This document shows positions 38,857-49,921 of a stretch of DNA of 64,000 bases, piece after piece (position 1 is the first letter of the stretch; each line of letters starts with the position of its first letter). Position numbers and translations under genes: made by a program. A model generated the notes under the pieces. That model was not told the DNA's origin. It did not search any database and saw only the letters and a program-made list of their open reading frames with translations. The stretch is from an uncultured Porticoccus sp. (GTDB lineage: Bacteria; Pseudomonadota; Gammaproteobacteria; Pseudomonadales; Porticoccaceae): positions 731,568-795,567 of the forward strand of contig CAXYDD010000002.1 of assembly GCA_964276025.1 (NCBI GenBank), given 5' to 3'.

Positions 38857-40077
38857 GTGACCAATATTAATAAAGTAGTTTTAGCTTATTCTGGCGGCCT
38901 TGATACCTCTGTTATAGTTAAATGGTTGCAGGAAAAATACAAGTGTGAGGTTGTTACGTTTACAGCTGATATTGGTCAAGGCGAAGAGGTTGAGCCAGCA
39001 AGAGCAAAAGCAAAAGCATTAGGTGTTAATAAGATATACATAGATGATCTACGTGAAGAATTTGTACGTGATTATGTTTTTCCTATGTTTCGAGCTAATG
39101 CTATTTATGAGGGCGAATATTTGTTGGGTACTTCGATTGCTCGTCCTTTGATCTCCAAGCGACTAATTGAGATAGCAAACGAAGTAGGCGCAGATGCTAT
39201 TGCTCATGGTGCAACGGGTAAAGGCAATGATCAGGTTCGTTTTGAGCTAGGTGCCTATGCACTAAAGCCGGGAATTAAGGTTATAGCCCCATGGCGTGAA
39301 TGGGAGTTAACCTCAAGAGAAAAGTTGATGGATTATTGCAAGAAACACCAAATACCTGTCGATTTCGCTGGAAAAAAGAAAAAATCACCTTATTCGATGG
39401 ATGCTAATTTACTTCATATTTCATATGAGGGCGGTATTCTAGAGGATCCTTGGATGGAGTCTGAGGAAGATATGTGGCGCTGGACAGTTTCTCCAGAAAA
39501 TGCTCCTGATGTCCCAATTTACATCAATCTTGAATTCAAAAAAGGAGATATTGTTGCAATTGATGATAAATTAATGTCTCCAGCAGAGGTTTTGTCTCAT
39601 TTAAATAAAGTTGGTGGCGATAATGGTATAGGAAGACTAGATCTAGTAGAAAATCGTTACGTTGGCATGAAGTCTCGTGGTTGTTATGAAACTCCTGGAG
39701 GTACAATTATATTACGTGCACATAGAGCTATTGAGTCGCTTACTTTGGATCGTGAATCGGCTCATCTTAAAGATAGCTTGATGTCTAAGTACGCAGAAGT
39801 AGTTTATAACGGTTATTGGTGGTCACCAGAACGGTCTATGTTACAAAAGCTCATAGACACCTCACAAGAGGTAGTCAATGGCACTGTTAAGCTCAAATTG
39901 TATAAGGGAAATGTGGTTGTGGTAGGCCGTAAGTCACCGGATAGTTTATTTGATGAGCGGATTGCTACTTTCGAAGATGACGATGGCGCCTATGATCAAA
40001 AAGATGCAGAAGGTTTTATAAAACTAAATGCTTTACGTCTAAGAATTGCAGCCAATAGAGGACGCAAACTGGATTAA
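38857..40077 (+). CDS. argG: Argininosuccinate synthase
   Basis: [28 protein letters not shown] and ENR.VGMKSRG.YETPGG motifs. GTG start. Confidence 0.95.
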   Translation: MTNINKVVLAYSGGLDTSVIVKWLQEKYKCEVVTFTADIGQGEEVEPARAKAKALGVNKIYIDDLREEFVRDYVFPMFRANAIYEGEYLLGTSIARPLISKRLIEIANEVGADAIAHGATGKGNDQVRFELGAYALKPGIKVIAPWREWELTSREKLMDYCKKHQIPVDFAGKKKKSPYSMDANLLHISYEGGILEDPWMESEEDMWRWTVSPENAPDVPIYINLEFKKGDIVAIDDKLMSPAEVLSHLNKVGGDNGIGRLDLVENRYVGMKSRGCYETPGGTIILRAHRAIESLTLDRESAHLKDSLMSKYAEVVYNGYWWSPERSMLQKLIDTSQEVVNGTVKLKLYKGNVVVVGRKSPDSLFDERIATFEDDDGAYDQKDAEGFIKLNALRLRIAANRGRKLD

Positions 40078-40135
40078 ATTTTATAGTGTAAAGTTTCTGC
40101 CCCCCGTAGAAATTTTTCCAAAGAAGAGTGATAAC

Positions 40136-40519
40136 ATGCGTTTATTGCATACTATGTTGCGCGTTCAAGATCTCAAGAAATCGATTAAATTTTATACTGA
40201 AATTTTAGATATGAGTCTTATTAGATCCAAAGACTATCCTAATGGAAGATTCACATTAGCTTTTCTTGGTTATGGAAGTGAGTCTGAAAATACTGTGCTT
40301 GAGTTGACTCATAATTGGGATAAAAAAAATTATGATCACGGCGACGGTTATGGTCATATTGCTGTGGGTGTCAAAAATGTATATGAAGCTTGTGAAAAAA
40401 TAAGGTTAGCTGGAGGAATTATTGATCGCGAGCCCGGCCCGATGAAATACGGTGATACTATATTGGCATTTGTGAAAGACCCTGATGGCTATAAGATTGA
40501 ATTATTGTCTGAAAATTAA
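40136..40519 (+). CDS. gloA: Lactoylglutathione lyase (glyoxalase I)
   Basis: MRLLHTMLRVQDL..S..FYT..L.M...R......FTLAFLGYG...VLELTHNW...Y..G.GYGHIA. The ORF track's start at 40046 overlaps argG and is rejected. Confidence 0.9.
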   Translation: MRLLHTMLRVQDLKKSIKFYTEILDMSLIRSKDYPNGRFTLAFLGYGSESENTVLELTHNWDKKNYDHGDGYGHIAVGVKNVYEACEKIRLAGGIIDREPGPMKYGDTILAFVKDPDGYKIELLSEN

Positions 40520-40541
40520 AATAAAAAATCTAGGTAATTGA

Positions 40542-41399
40542 ATGAGTATAGTTTTTCTCAATCAGAAGTATATTCCTCTTGAGGAAGCGACAATATCACC
40601 AATGGATAGGGGTTTCTTGTTTGGGGACGGGGTCTACGAGGTCCTCCCAACCTACGATGGTCAAATAATTGGTTTTGATCTACATATAAATCGTTTAAAT
40701 ATCAACATGTCTACACTTGATATCAATTTAAATTGGCCCCATAAAAGATGGCTAGATCTCTGTAAGACGCTTATTAAAAAAAACGGCTTTGGAAGTCTCG
40801 GAATATATCTTCATGTAAGTCGTGGAGAAGAACGTAACCGCTCGCATTCCTATGAAAATGGAATTAATCCAACAATTTTTGCATTTTCTTTTGAAATACC
40901 ACCTGAACAAGAAGTCTGTAAATCTAAAATGACACCGTATAAAGTGAATACCAGCCTTGATCTTCGCTGGTCTCGTTGTCAAATAAAATCTACAGCGTTG
41001 CTTGGTAATGTAATGCATTTTCAGCAAGGATATAAAAAGGGCTTTGATGAGACATTATTGTTTAACGATAGCGATGAGCTGAGAGAGGGAACTACTTGCA
41101 ACGCTTATATCGTTAAAGATGATGTTGTTATCACACCTCCCTTAGATAACCATATATTGCCAGGTGTTACTCGCCATATCTTATTGGATTTACTGAAAAA
41201 AGATGGTTCTATTGCAGTACAGGAGCGAATTATTACTAAGAAAGAGGTTTATTCAGCAGCTGAAGTATGGGTGACTAGCTCTTCCAAAGGTGTAATCCCA
41301 GTAGTAGAGGTTGATGGAAATCTTATTGGTAATGGTGAGATTGGATATGTATGGTTGTTAGCTCAAAAAATTTATTCTAATGGCAAGAAGAATTACTAA
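40542..41399 (+). CDS. Class IV (fold type IV) aminotransferase, most similar to D-amino-acid transaminase
   Basis: DRGFLFGDGVYEV, IKSTALLGNV, EGTTCNAYIV and LPGVTRH blocks parallel Bacillus Dat. IlvE or PabC cannot be fully excluded by eye. Confidence 0.6.
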   Translation: MSIVFLNQKYIPLEEATISPMDRGFLFGDGVYEVLPTYDGQIIGFDLHINRLNINMSTLDINLNWPHKRWLDLCKTLIKKNGFGSLGIYLHVSRGEERNRSHSYENGINPTIFAFSFEIPPEQEVCKSKMTPYKVNTSLDLRWSRCQIKSTALLGNVMHFQQGYKKGFDETLLFNDSDELREGTTCNAYIVKDDVVITPPLDNHILPGVTRHILLDLLKKDGSIAVQERIITKKEVYSAAEVWVTSSSKGVIPVVEVDGNLIGNGEIGYVWLLAQKIYSNGKKNY

Positions 41400-41479
41400 T
41401 GATAATTAATACTAATAAATCAAATTTAGCTTATTAGTGAATAGTTAAAAAAAAGACATTTGGGGGTTTTAATTCCATT

Positions 41480-42574
41480 ATGGCTCGTCCAGCTAAAGCT
41501 CTTATTGATCTAGATGCCTTGAGATATAACTTAAAGGTTGCTAGCGGCCTTTCTCAGTACTCAAAAATTATGGCAGTCATCAAAGCAGATGCCTATGGTC
41601 ATGGTGCTATTGGTGTTTCAAGAGCTCTTTGTAATAATGTTGAAGCTTTTGGCGTTGCCTCTATAGAGGAGGCAATTGAGCTTCGTGAGGCAGGAATTAA
41701 AACGCCGATCCATTTGCTTGAGGGCACGTTTACTGATGATGAGATCACTATTGCATCAAAAAATAACTTCTCTATTTCTTGTGTTAATCAAAAACAAAAA
41801 AAGGCCATAATTAAAGCTCAAATTTCTATACCCTTAAATGTATGGATTTTCGTAGATACCGGAATGCATAGACTTGGTATTACCTCTGAAGAACTAATAA
41901 GCACCTATAAAGATCTCGATGCCTCTGATAATGTTTCAGATAATATTATTATTGCGACACACTTCTCTTGTGCTGATGACCTAGAGAACGATTTTACTGC
42001 AACACAGCTGTCCCGTATAAAAAATGCAATGAAAGATCTCTCCGTTAATACAAGTTTTTGTAATTCAGCAGGTTTGATAGGATGGCCCCAAACAAGAGCA
42101 GACTGGAATCGACTTGGCATCATGCTCTATGGGGGGTCACCTTTTTTTGTTCCTCAGTATGGGGCAAGCAAATTGAAACAGGTAATGACTCTTAAGTCCG
42201 AGATAATTGCTTTAAGGACCATAGAAGTTGGTGAGACAGTAGGCTACGCTGCTACTTGGAAGGCCGATCGTCAAACAGTTATAGCTACAGTCGCAATAGG
42301 CTATGGAGACGGATACCCGCTTAATGCATCAAATGGAACGCCTGTATTAATACGCGGGAGGCGTTGCCCTATAGCCGGAAGGGTCTCCATGGACATGATA
42401 ACTATTGATGTTACAGACTTGCCGTTAGCTGAGCTAGGTGATGAAGTTATTCTTTGGGGTAAAGGCTTATCTATAGATGAAATAGCCAAATGTGCCGGAA
42501 CAATTAGTTATGAATTGTTAACCCGCATGCCAGCTAGAACCAGACGTATATACACCGAAAAAGATATTAGATGA
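41480..42574 (+). CDS. alr: Alanine racemase
   Basis: [12 protein letters not shown] (PLP Lys), [10 protein letters not shown] and GRVSMDMI..D motifs. The 3' end overlaps the convergent purC by 8 nt. Confidence 0.92.
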   Translation: MARPAKALIDLDALRYNLKVASGLSQYSKIMAVIKADAYGHGAIGVSRALCNNVEAFGVASIEEAIELREAGIKTPIHLLEGTFTDDEITIASKNNFSISCVNQKQKKAIIKAQISIPLNVWIFVDTGMHRLGITSEELISTYKDLDASDNVSDNIIIATHFSCADDLENDFTATQLSRIKNAMKDLSVNTSFCNSAGLIGWPQTRADWNRLGIMLYGGSPFFVPQYGASKLKQVMTLKSEIIALRTIEVGETVGYAATWKADRQTVIATVAIGYGDGYPLNASNGTPVLIRGRRCPIAGRVSMDMITIDVTDLPLAELGDEVILWGKGLSIDEIAKCAGTISYELLTRMPARTRRIYTEKDIR

Positions 42575-43670
42575 TAAGCCCATAATCTCTATCAAGAATT
42601 TCTATGATTTCAGCTTTAGGGTTTTCTGATAATAAAATCTTTTTGCCGGTTATTTTTTCAGCTATCTGGGCATATGTTTTGGACACCGTCATGAGGACTT
42701 CTTTAGGCAGCTTATTATCTCTAGCTAGCGCTTCACGCTCACTCATTCGATCCTTATTCAATAATATATCGGAATCTGGAAAATAGCTAAGTAATAGTTG
42801 ACGAAATACCTCTTTCGAATTCTCAATTACCTTACCCTCCCTGTATGACGGTCCATCCCAAATCCTTGAAGAGTCAGGTGTACCTACTTCATCCATATAG
42901 ATGAGTTTTTCATTTCCTTTATCATCTTTTACATAACCAAACTCAAATTTAGTATCAACGAATATTTGATCTATTTTAGCTAGATTAGAGCTTATAACCT
43001 CAAATCCTTCCCTGAGAAGTTTTTCATAATGATCGATATCAGCTATATTTTTGAAATTTAAGGATTTATAGTTATTAATAATATCGGTTCGAGTGATGTT
43101 TACGTCGTCAGCTTCAGGGATACCGGATAAGCCTGTCAAGATCCCTTTAGTGGACGGAGTGATTAACAGCTCGTCTAGTTTTTGGTCTTTCTTCAGATCA
43201 TTTTTTAGCTTTATTCCACAAAATTCACGCTCCCCTTTGGAATAAGATCTCCACATTGAACCAGTTATATAATTTCTACAGATAGCTTCAATCAACACTG
43301 GTTTTGCTTTTTGAACTATCCAAACAAAAGGGTGTGGAATATCAAGAATATGATTATCAGCTAAATTTTGTTCACCAAACAATTTAAACCAGTAGCTGGA
43401 AATAGCATTCAGTGCAGCCCCTTTACCCGGAACTCCATCCATACCTCCTTCACCTTTCCAAATACAATCGAAAGCTGAAATACGATCACTTATTATCATC
43501 ACTGCTAAAGGGGTGTCTTTTGCTACCTTATAACCTTTCAATTGTATTAATTTGTGACTATCTTCAGCTGTTAAAGTATATACAGATCGAACCTTGCCAC
43601 TATGAATTGGACTTTCTGTTCTTATTGGTAAATCGTTATTAATAGAGAGTATCTTGTCGCAGAGCAACAT
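42567..43670 (-). CDS. purC: Phosphoribosylaminoimidazole-succinocarboxamide synthase (long form)
   Basis: 367 aa with [23 protein letters not shown] and DEV.TPDSSR motifs. Confidence 0.9.
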   Translation of the reverse strand: MLLCDKILSINNDLPIRTESPIHSGKVRSVYTLTAEDSHKLIQLKGYKVAKDTPLAVMIISDRISAFDCIWKGEGGMDGVPGKGAALNAISSYWFKLFGEQNLADNHILDIPHPFVWIVQKAKPVLIEAICRNYITGSMWRSYSKGEREFCGIKLKNDLKKDQKLDELLITPSTKGILTGLSGIPEADDVNITRTDIINNYKSLNFKNIADIDHYEKLLREGFEVISSNLAKIDQIFVDTKFEFGYVKDDKGNEKLIYMDEVGTPDSSRIWDGPSYREGKVIENSKEVFRQLLLSYFPDSDILLNKDRMSEREALARDNKLPKEVLMTVSKTYAQIAEKITGKKILLSENPKAEIIEILDRDYGLII

Positions 43671-43772
43671 TATTGGTCACCTCGTCGGTATATTTATCAG
43701 ATTATTTGTATAAGACAGATTATAAATAATAAAATCTATCAGGTTGCATATGCATATATTGTTAAGTTCAAA

Positions 43773-44168
43773 TCAACTTTGCCTTACTGCATATTTGCCA
43801 CTACCTTGAAGAAAAATTATTATCGCTGTTAAGAAATAAAAACCTTGCAGTTCCAGCTCCCAACCACCATATTGATTCAGCTCTAGTAAGTTATGAGCAT
43901 GAAATAGCAAAATTGCAAAAATCATATTTACGGCAATTAAAAATGCTGCAGTGCGTGTATAGAAACCAATAATAAGCATTAGTGGGGCAATCACCTCTCC
44001 TAAATAGACACCGTAAGCTAAAAGTGAAGGAATACTGAATTCAGCTAGGCGCCCCCCAAAAAATTCAATAGATGATGGATCTATGATCTTTGCAACACCA
44101 TGAAATAGAATCAGAAATCCCAGAGATAATCGGAGGATTAGTTTGGCAATCGAATCTTTATTGAACAT
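43773..44168 (-). CDS. DoxX family membrane protein
   Basis: 131 aa with four TM helices; LLRL.LG...L.HG..K and the overall layout are typical of DoxX. Confidence 0.75.
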   Translation of the reverse strand: MFNKDSIAKLILRLSLGFLILFHGVAKIIDPSSIEFFGGRLAEFSIPSLLAYGVYLGEVIAPLMLIIGFYTRTAAFLIAVNMIFAILLFHAHNLLELNQYGGWELELQGFYFLTAIIIFLQGSGKYAVRQS

Positions 44169-44356
44169 AATTTTACCTTTTATTTTGATAGGATGTTTTA
44201 CATTAATAGATAGTTTTATTCAAAAAGAGAATTTTTACCAGAGTCTTTTTTAATTTTTACGTTGCTTTGATCGCTTGGTGGACATATCACTACAATGTAT
44301 CATGCAGATCTAACTTAATTTAAAAGTATTTTTTTTGGATTCTTCGGAGATAAAGA

Positions 44357-45544
44357 ATGATTATCAAGCCAAAAGTTCGTGGGTTTATGTGTATTACTTC
44401 TCATCCATTGGGCTGCGACGCTAATGTAAAAGAACAAATTGATTATATAAAAAAACAGCAAGTTTTTGATGGGCCAAAACGAGTATTAGTTATTGGAGCT
44501 TCAACTGGTTATGGTTTAGCCGCAAGAATTACAGCTGCTTTCGGCAGTGGTGCTTCAACTTTAGGTGTTTTTTTTGAAAAACCAGGAAGCGAGAAAAAAA
44601 CAGCTTCAGCTGGATGGTATAATTCAGCTGCTTTTCACAAGTATGCCTCATCAGAAAGTCTGTATGCTAAAAGTATTAATGGCGATGCTTTCTCTGACGA
44701 AATAAAACAAAAAGTAATTGAAATTATAAAAGCAGATTTAGGCCAAATTGATTTGGTTATTTATAGTCTTGCGTCCCCGCGCCGGCAACATCCAAAAACT
44801 GGTGAAGTGTTTAATTCAACTCTTAAGCCTATTGGAAAAGATGTCACTCTTCGAGGTATTAATACTGACAAGGAAGAAATACAAGAATTTAACTTAAGTG
44901 CTGCTAGCGAAAAAGATATTACACAAACTGTAGCAGTTATGGGTGGAGAGGACTGGAGTCTTTGGCTCAAATCGCTAAATGATGCTGGCGTCTTAGCAGA
45001 GGGAGCTTCAACCTCAGCATTTACTTATGTTGGTGAAAAAGCTACATGGGATTTATACTGGAATGGAACAATTGGCCGCGCAAAACAAGATTTAGACAAA
45101 AAAGTTAAGGATATTAGCAAAATGTTAGCTCCTATTAATGGAACAGCTAGGGTCGCAGTACTAAAAGCTGTAGTTACTCAAGCAAGCTCTGCGATTCCAA
45201 TAATGCCACTTTATTTGTCTTTATTATTTAAAGCAATGAAAAAGAAAGGCACCCATGAGGGCTGTATCGAACAGCTTTATCGCCTGTATACAGAATGCCT
45301 TTACTCTGAAACACCGCGTCTAGATGATGTGGGTCGTTTAAGGGTTGATGAGCTAGAAATTCAGCCCGAAATACAAGACGAGCTATCTAATGCTTGGTCT
45401 AACATAACAACTGAAAATCTACATAAATTGACAGATTTCAAAGGTTATAAGGAGGAGTTTATTAAACTATTTGGTTTCGGAGTCTCTGATATAAATTATG
45501 ATGCTGAGGTAGATCCAGTAGTTGATATAAAAAATCTGTCGTAG
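44357..45544 (+). CDS. fabV: Enoyl-[acyl-carrier-protein] reductase FabV (trans-2-enoyl-CoA reductase family)
   Basis: [11 protein letters not shown]...HP.GC...[17 protein letters not shown] and YSLASP motifs; 395 aa. Confidence 0.9.
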   Translation: MIIKPKVRGFMCITSHPLGCDANVKEQIDYIKKQQVFDGPKRVLVIGASTGYGLAARITAAFGSGASTLGVFFEKPGSEKKTASAGWYNSAAFHKYASSESLYAKSINGDAFSDEIKQKVIEIIKADLGQIDLVIYSLASPRRQHPKTGEVFNSTLKPIGKDVTLRGINTDKEEIQEFNLSAASEKDITQTVAVMGGEDWSLWLKSLNDAGVLAEGASTSAFTYVGEKATWDLYWNGTIGRAKQDLDKKVKDISKMLAPINGTARVAVLKAVVTQASSAIPIMPLYLSLLFKAMKKKGTHEGCIEQLYRLYTECLYSETPRLDDVGRLRVDELEIQPEIQDELSNAWSNITTENLHKLTDFKGYKEEFIKLFGFGVSDINYDAEVDPVVDIKNLS

Positions 45545-45601
45545 ATTAAAAGATAGTTTAGAAAAATCTGTTTAATTTCTCAGATAAAGCTTAGGTGACT
45601 G

Positions 45602-46531
45602 ATGAAGGATCAACAACTTACATGGAAGCATTTCCATCCCAGATTATGGCTTACATGGTTTGGCTTTGGATGTTGGAGGCTAGCTGTCATTTTGCCTTAT
45701 CCGTTAATGGTCTATCTTGGACGTAAACTTGGTCTACTGATGTATTCAATTGGAGGATATCGTTACAAGGTAGCGGAAACAAACTTAAAGCTTTGTTTCC
45801 CGGATATATCTAAACAGGAACAAAAAAATCTTTTGCGGGCTAACTTTGTCAGTTATGGGATTGCATTTTTTGAAGTTGGAATGGCTTGGTGGTGGCCTAC
45901 AAGTCGACTGAAAAAAATTATCCACGTAGAAGGTGTTGAGCACATAGATAATCTCAATGGACGTGGTGCATTGCTCATGGCTATTCACCATACAACTATA
46001 GAAGTTGGAGCCTCCGGTCTTATGATGGAGCGACAGATTGATGGAATGTATCGCCCACATAAAAATATAGTGTATGACTATATACAAAAAAAGGGGAGAC
46101 TTAAAAGATCAGCTGATGCGGATGTGTATACTAGAGACGATGTTCGCGGGATATTAAAAGCACTTCAAAATGGTAAAATTATTTGGTATGCACCTGATCA
46201 AGATTACGGGGCTAAACAGAGTGTGTTCGCGAGTTTTTTTGGAATACAGGCCGCAACAGTAACTGCCACTGCTAAGTTTGCTAAAGTTGGTAAATCAGCT
46301 GTCTTACCATTTTCTCATATTAGGCTTCCTGATAATAAAGGATATAAAATTACTGTGCATCCACCATTAGAAAATTTTCCAGACAATGATGAGGTTTTCA
46401 ATGCTGAAAGAATTAATAGAGTGATTGAGGAGATGATTTCTCAGCAACCAGATCAGTATTTATGGGCGCACCGAAGGTTTAAGACGCGTCCAAAGGGAGA
46501 GGTGAGGCCATACCCAAAAAAAAAGAGGTAA
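45602..46531 (+). CDS. lpxL: Lipid A biosynthesis lauroyl/late acyltransferase (LpxL/HtrB family)
   Basis: N-terminal anchor, the HH(x4)E-type catalytic region (AIHHTTIEVG), PDQDYG and QPDQYLWAHRRFK. Confidence 0.85.
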   Translation: MKDQQLTWKHFHPRLWLTWFGFGCWRLAVILPYPLMVYLGRKLGLLMYSIGGYRYKVAETNLKLCFPDISKQEQKNLLRANFVSYGIAFFEVGMAWWWPTSRLKKIIHVEGVEHIDNLNGRGALLMAIHHTTIEVGASGLMMERQIDGMYRPHKNIVYDYIQKKGRLKRSADADVYTRDDVRGILKALQNGKIIWYAPDQDYGAKQSVFASFFGIQAATVTATAKFAKVGKSAVLPFSHIRLPDNKGYKITVHPPLENFPDNDEVFNAERINRVIEEMISQQPDQYLWAHRRFKTRPKGEVRPYPKKKR

Positions 46532-46644
46532 AAAACACCTAAAGGAAAAATTCATTTAATATTATGAATCAAATGCTTGTTCTAGCTCGTTATGGTCAGT
46601 ACCATACCACACAAATAATTCATTAACGCATATCGAGGAAATAG

Positions 46645-47526
46645 ATGATTATCGGCAGTATAGTTGCTTTGGTGACACCAATGATCCCTAATAGTCTTGA
46701 GGTTGACTGGGACCGCTTAAAGAATCTAGTTGAATGGCATATTCAACAGGGAACAAATGCTATTGTAGCAGTTGGTACTACAGGAGAATCTCCTACTCTA
46801 GATGTTCAAGAGCACATGGCTACTATTGCTGCTATCGTTGAGGATTCATCTGGACGAATTCCAGTGATTGCAGGTACTGGAGCTAATTCTACAAGAGAAG
46901 CAATTGAGTGGACTCGACGGGCACAAGAGAGTGGTGCTGATGCTTGCTTACTAGTAGCCCCTTACTACAATAAACCTACACAAGAAGGGCTTTACTTGCA
47001 TCATAAGTCTATCGCTGATTCAGTTGATATCCCACAAATTTTATATAATGTACCAGGACGTACTGCATGTGACATGCTTCCAGATACTGTCAATCGTTTA
47101 GCTTCTGTTAATAATATTGTTGGTATAAAAGATGCAACTGGTGATCTGGAGAGAGCAAAAAAGTTAATTGAAATATGTCCCTCAGATTTTGCTATCTATT
47201 CAGGAGATGATGTAACAGCACTGCAATTGATTCAATTAGGTGGACATGGAAACGTATCTGTTACTGCTAATGTTGCTCCAAAATTAATGGCAGAGATGTG
47301 TAAATTAGGAATAGCAGGAAAAAAAAACGAGGCAATGCATATCAATAATTTTCTTGCGCCAGTTCATGATGCTTTGTTTTTGGAGTCAAACCCGATTCCA
47401 GTAAAGTGGGCATTAGCTGAAATGGGATTAATCCAGCACGGGATTAGGTTGCCTCTAACAGAATTATCGGATGATCTAAAAATTAAGGTTTGTGAAGCGC
47501 TTAAAGCTGCTGATCTTTTAAAATAA
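46645..47526 (+). CDS. dapA: 4-hydroxy-tetrahydrodipicolinate synthase
   Basis: GSIVALVTPM, VGTTGES.TL, YNKPTQEG and YNVPGRT motifs. Confidence 0.95.
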   Translation: MIIGSIVALVTPMIPNSLEVDWDRLKNLVEWHIQQGTNAIVAVGTTGESPTLDVQEHMATIAAIVEDSSGRIPVIAGTGANSTREAIEWTRRAQESGADACLLVAPYYNKPTQEGLYLHHKSIADSVDIPQILYNVPGRTACDMLPDTVNRLASVNNIVGIKDATGDLERAKKLIEICPSDFAIYSGDDVTALQLIQLGGHGNVSVTANVAPKLMAEMCKLGIAGKKNEAMHINNFLAPVHDALFLESNPIPVKWALAEMGLIQHGIRLPLTELSDDLKIKVCEALKAADLLK

Positions 47527-47559
47527 CTAGCAAGGTATGTAGAAAACTGGAGTTAGCTG

Positions 47560-48627
47560 ATGCCAATAGAAATCAAACGGATAATGTTGATTGTAATGTT
47601 ATTTTCCATTATTTCTTGTAGTAGTATCGATGACATCAAAGATAAAAACCCAATACGTAATCGTGCAAATGATTATTTGTATTCTAAGGAAATTTTACCT
47701 ATGGAAGCACCTGCTGATGCGGCTATTGGTGAATTATATATAGTCCCAGATATACCAGTCGCAGGGTTTCCTGCAAAGACCTTCTCTGCCCCTAGGCCTC
47801 AGCCTTTGTCTGTAAATCTTTTAGAAGAGTCAGTAGAAATACTATCATTTTCTGGAAAACAATGGATTGCAATCAATAAGCCACCTGCGGAAGTATGGCC
47901 AAGACTCAGAAGCATTTTAACTCGAAGTGGTGTTCCAACTGCACAAATGGATCCACCAAAAGGTATTCTAGATACCGGATGGTTGCAGTTCAAGGATGAT
48001 GAGAAGCATAGCCATAGGTTCCGTTTTTTTATCTCTCCAGGTGTAGGAGTTAGTAGCAGTGAGATTAGGGTTACTCAGATGCATATACAAGCTGGTCAAG
48101 AGGATTCTATGTCAGAATGGCCATTGAGCTCTATGAGCCTCTCTAGAGAAGAGGAGTTCACTAAAATAATAGCTAATACTTTAGTTTCAGATGTTACCGG
48201 AACCTCTGTTTCCTTGCTTGCACAAAATATTGGTGGAGAATCGAGAGTTAAAGTAGTTATACCAGAGGATGAAGAGCCATATATAGAGATGAGGTTAGGG
48301 TATGCTCGCAGCTGGTCATCAGTATCAAAATCATTATCATTGGGCGGCTTTTCTGTCGTTAGTGAAGATCAAACGAGCGGTCATTTGTTAGTAGAATTTA
48401 CTGAGATAGATTTAGTAGCAGAAGACGAATCTTTACTTGGATTGGTAAACAATTTCTTAGATTCTCGAAGTGCAGATGATCAGTTAATACCTGTTCTTGA
48501 ATATAAGGTAACGGTTACCCAAAGCCAAAATAAAGTCATTGTTCAGGTTTCAAACAAAAACAATACTTCTCTTGATCAGCTCATGAAAATCAAACTATTG
48601 AAAATCATACGTGGAAACCTTACTTAA
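47560..48627 (+). CDS. bamC: Outer-membrane protein assembly factor BamC (NlpB) lipoprotein
   Basis: Lipobox FSIISC. The position directly downstream of dapA is conserved, and the size and composition fit. The sequence itself is weakly diagnostic. Confidence 0.65.
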   Translation: MPIEIKRIMLIVMLFSIISCSSIDDIKDKNPIRNRANDYLYSKEILPMEAPADAAIGELYIVPDIPVAGFPAKTFSAPRPQPLSVNLLEESVEILSFSGKQWIAINKPPAEVWPRLRSILTRSGVPTAQMDPPKGILDTGWLQFKDDEKHSHRFRFFISPGVGVSSSEIRVTQMHIQAGQEDSMSEWPLSSMSLSREEEFTKIIANTLVSDVTGTSVSLLAQNIGGESRVKVVIPEDEEPYIEMRLGYARSWSSVSKSLSLGGFSVVSEDQTSGHLLVEFTEIDLVAEDESLLGLVNNFLDSRSADDQLIPVLEYKVTVTQSQNKVIVQVSNKNNTSLDQLMKIKLLKIIRGNLT

Positions 48628-48630
48628 TTT

Positions 48631-49392
48631 ATGAGATTTTCTTCTATCGGTAGTGGCAGTAAGGGTAACAGTACAATTATCGAATATGATGATACTGTTA
48701 TTTTGGTAGATTGTGGTTTTTCTGTGAAAGAAACTGAGAAAAGACTAAGTTTTTTGGGTTTAGCTCCTTCAAAAATAAATACTATTTTAGTAACACATGA
48801 GCACTCAGACCATATACGTGGGGTTTCTTCCTTAGCAAAAAAATATAAAATACCAGTAATGGCTACTGCTGGAACAAGTAAATTCTTAAAAAATCCATCT
48901 GAACTAGATTTAACTTATATTGATACACAATCAGATTTTCATATTAAAAATCTTACAGTGACTCCTGTGCTAGTTCCTCATGATGCTAGAGAGCCGGTTC
49001 AATTTATTATAAGAGGGGGCTTGCTAACATTTGGAATTTTGACTGATGTTGGCGCTATAACACAACATATTGTAGAGCTTTATCAGCGTTGTGATGGGCT
49101 TATGATTGAGTCAAATCATGATGAAGCCATGTTGGCTAATGGTTCTTATCCAAGATCTTTAAAGGATAGGGTGGGTGGTAACTGGGGTCATTTAAATAAC
49201 AATCAAATGTTATATTTTTTAAAAAATATTGAGCTCAAACAATTACAAGAATTAGTCATAGGCCATATTAGCGAGAACAATAATAGCGTCTCATTGGTAA
49301 AACAGACTATCTCTGAGATATCTGAACAGCTTTCATCTGTATCTTATGCGACTCAAAATGAAGGATTTAATTGGATACAGTTAAAGAACTAA
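48631..49392 (+). CDS. MBL-fold metallo-hydrolase
   Basis: ILVDCG, THEHSDH and a later conserved His/Asp. The position after dapA-bamC matches the Pseudomonas-type synteny. Confidence 0.8.
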   Translation: MRFSSIGSGSKGNSTIIEYDDTVILVDCGFSVKETEKRLSFLGLAPSKINTILVTHEHSDHIRGVSSLAKKYKIPVMATAGTSKFLKNPSELDLTYIDTQSDFHIKNLTVTPVLVPHDAREPVQFIIRGGLLTFGILTDVGAITQHIVELYQRCDGLMIESNHDEAMLANGSYPRSLKDRVGGNWGHLNNNQMLYFLKNIELKQLQELVIGHISENNNSVSLVKQTISEISEQLSSVSYATQNEGFNWIQLKN

Positions 49393-49668
49393 TTTTTTAA
49401 TTTGTGTTCGTGTTTAGCTGTATTGTAGGCCTCATAACTATATGTTTTTTTGCGTTTTTTTTTAATTTACATACCTAGGTTTTCCACAATTATATATATT
49501 GTCCAATATATAATATTTTATAATATCGCTAAGTCATTGATTTATGAATTTAATTTAATAAGCTATTGATTTTATTACATTTTTATAGTTGATTAAAAAA
49601 CAACCAATCTAACTCTACCTCCCAAAACAAGTGGATTTCATTGATTTTTTTTGAAGTAATGCACAAAG

Positions 49669-49691
49669 TTATCCACAGATTTTGTGGGTAA
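49669..49691. promoter_or_regulatory. Inverted pair of DnaA boxes (TTATCCACA, 5-bp spacer, TGTGGGTAA)
   Basis: There is a perfect consensus box at 49669-49677 and a one-mismatch box on the other strand at 49683-49691. Together they form 12-bp arms AAGTTATCCACA / TGTGGGTAACTT. A third box, TTTTCCACA, lies at 49480-49488. Confidence 0.5.
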
Positions 49692-49921
49692 CTTTCCATG
49701 TACAAAAAAAAGAGTTATTAGTAATTTGAGTTAGATTTTTTTCCTATGTTTTTTATAAGTTTATGTGTTCTTCGATTGATTGACTAGGTGTATATATTTC
49801 TTAGACTTGCGTCTTAACAATTAAAATGTTGATTAAATACCAATTAACTCTTAAAAAATGTATTGTTTGAATCTTATTCGCTAATTTTGATACCAGATAA
49901 AATTTGAAGACGGATTATGAT

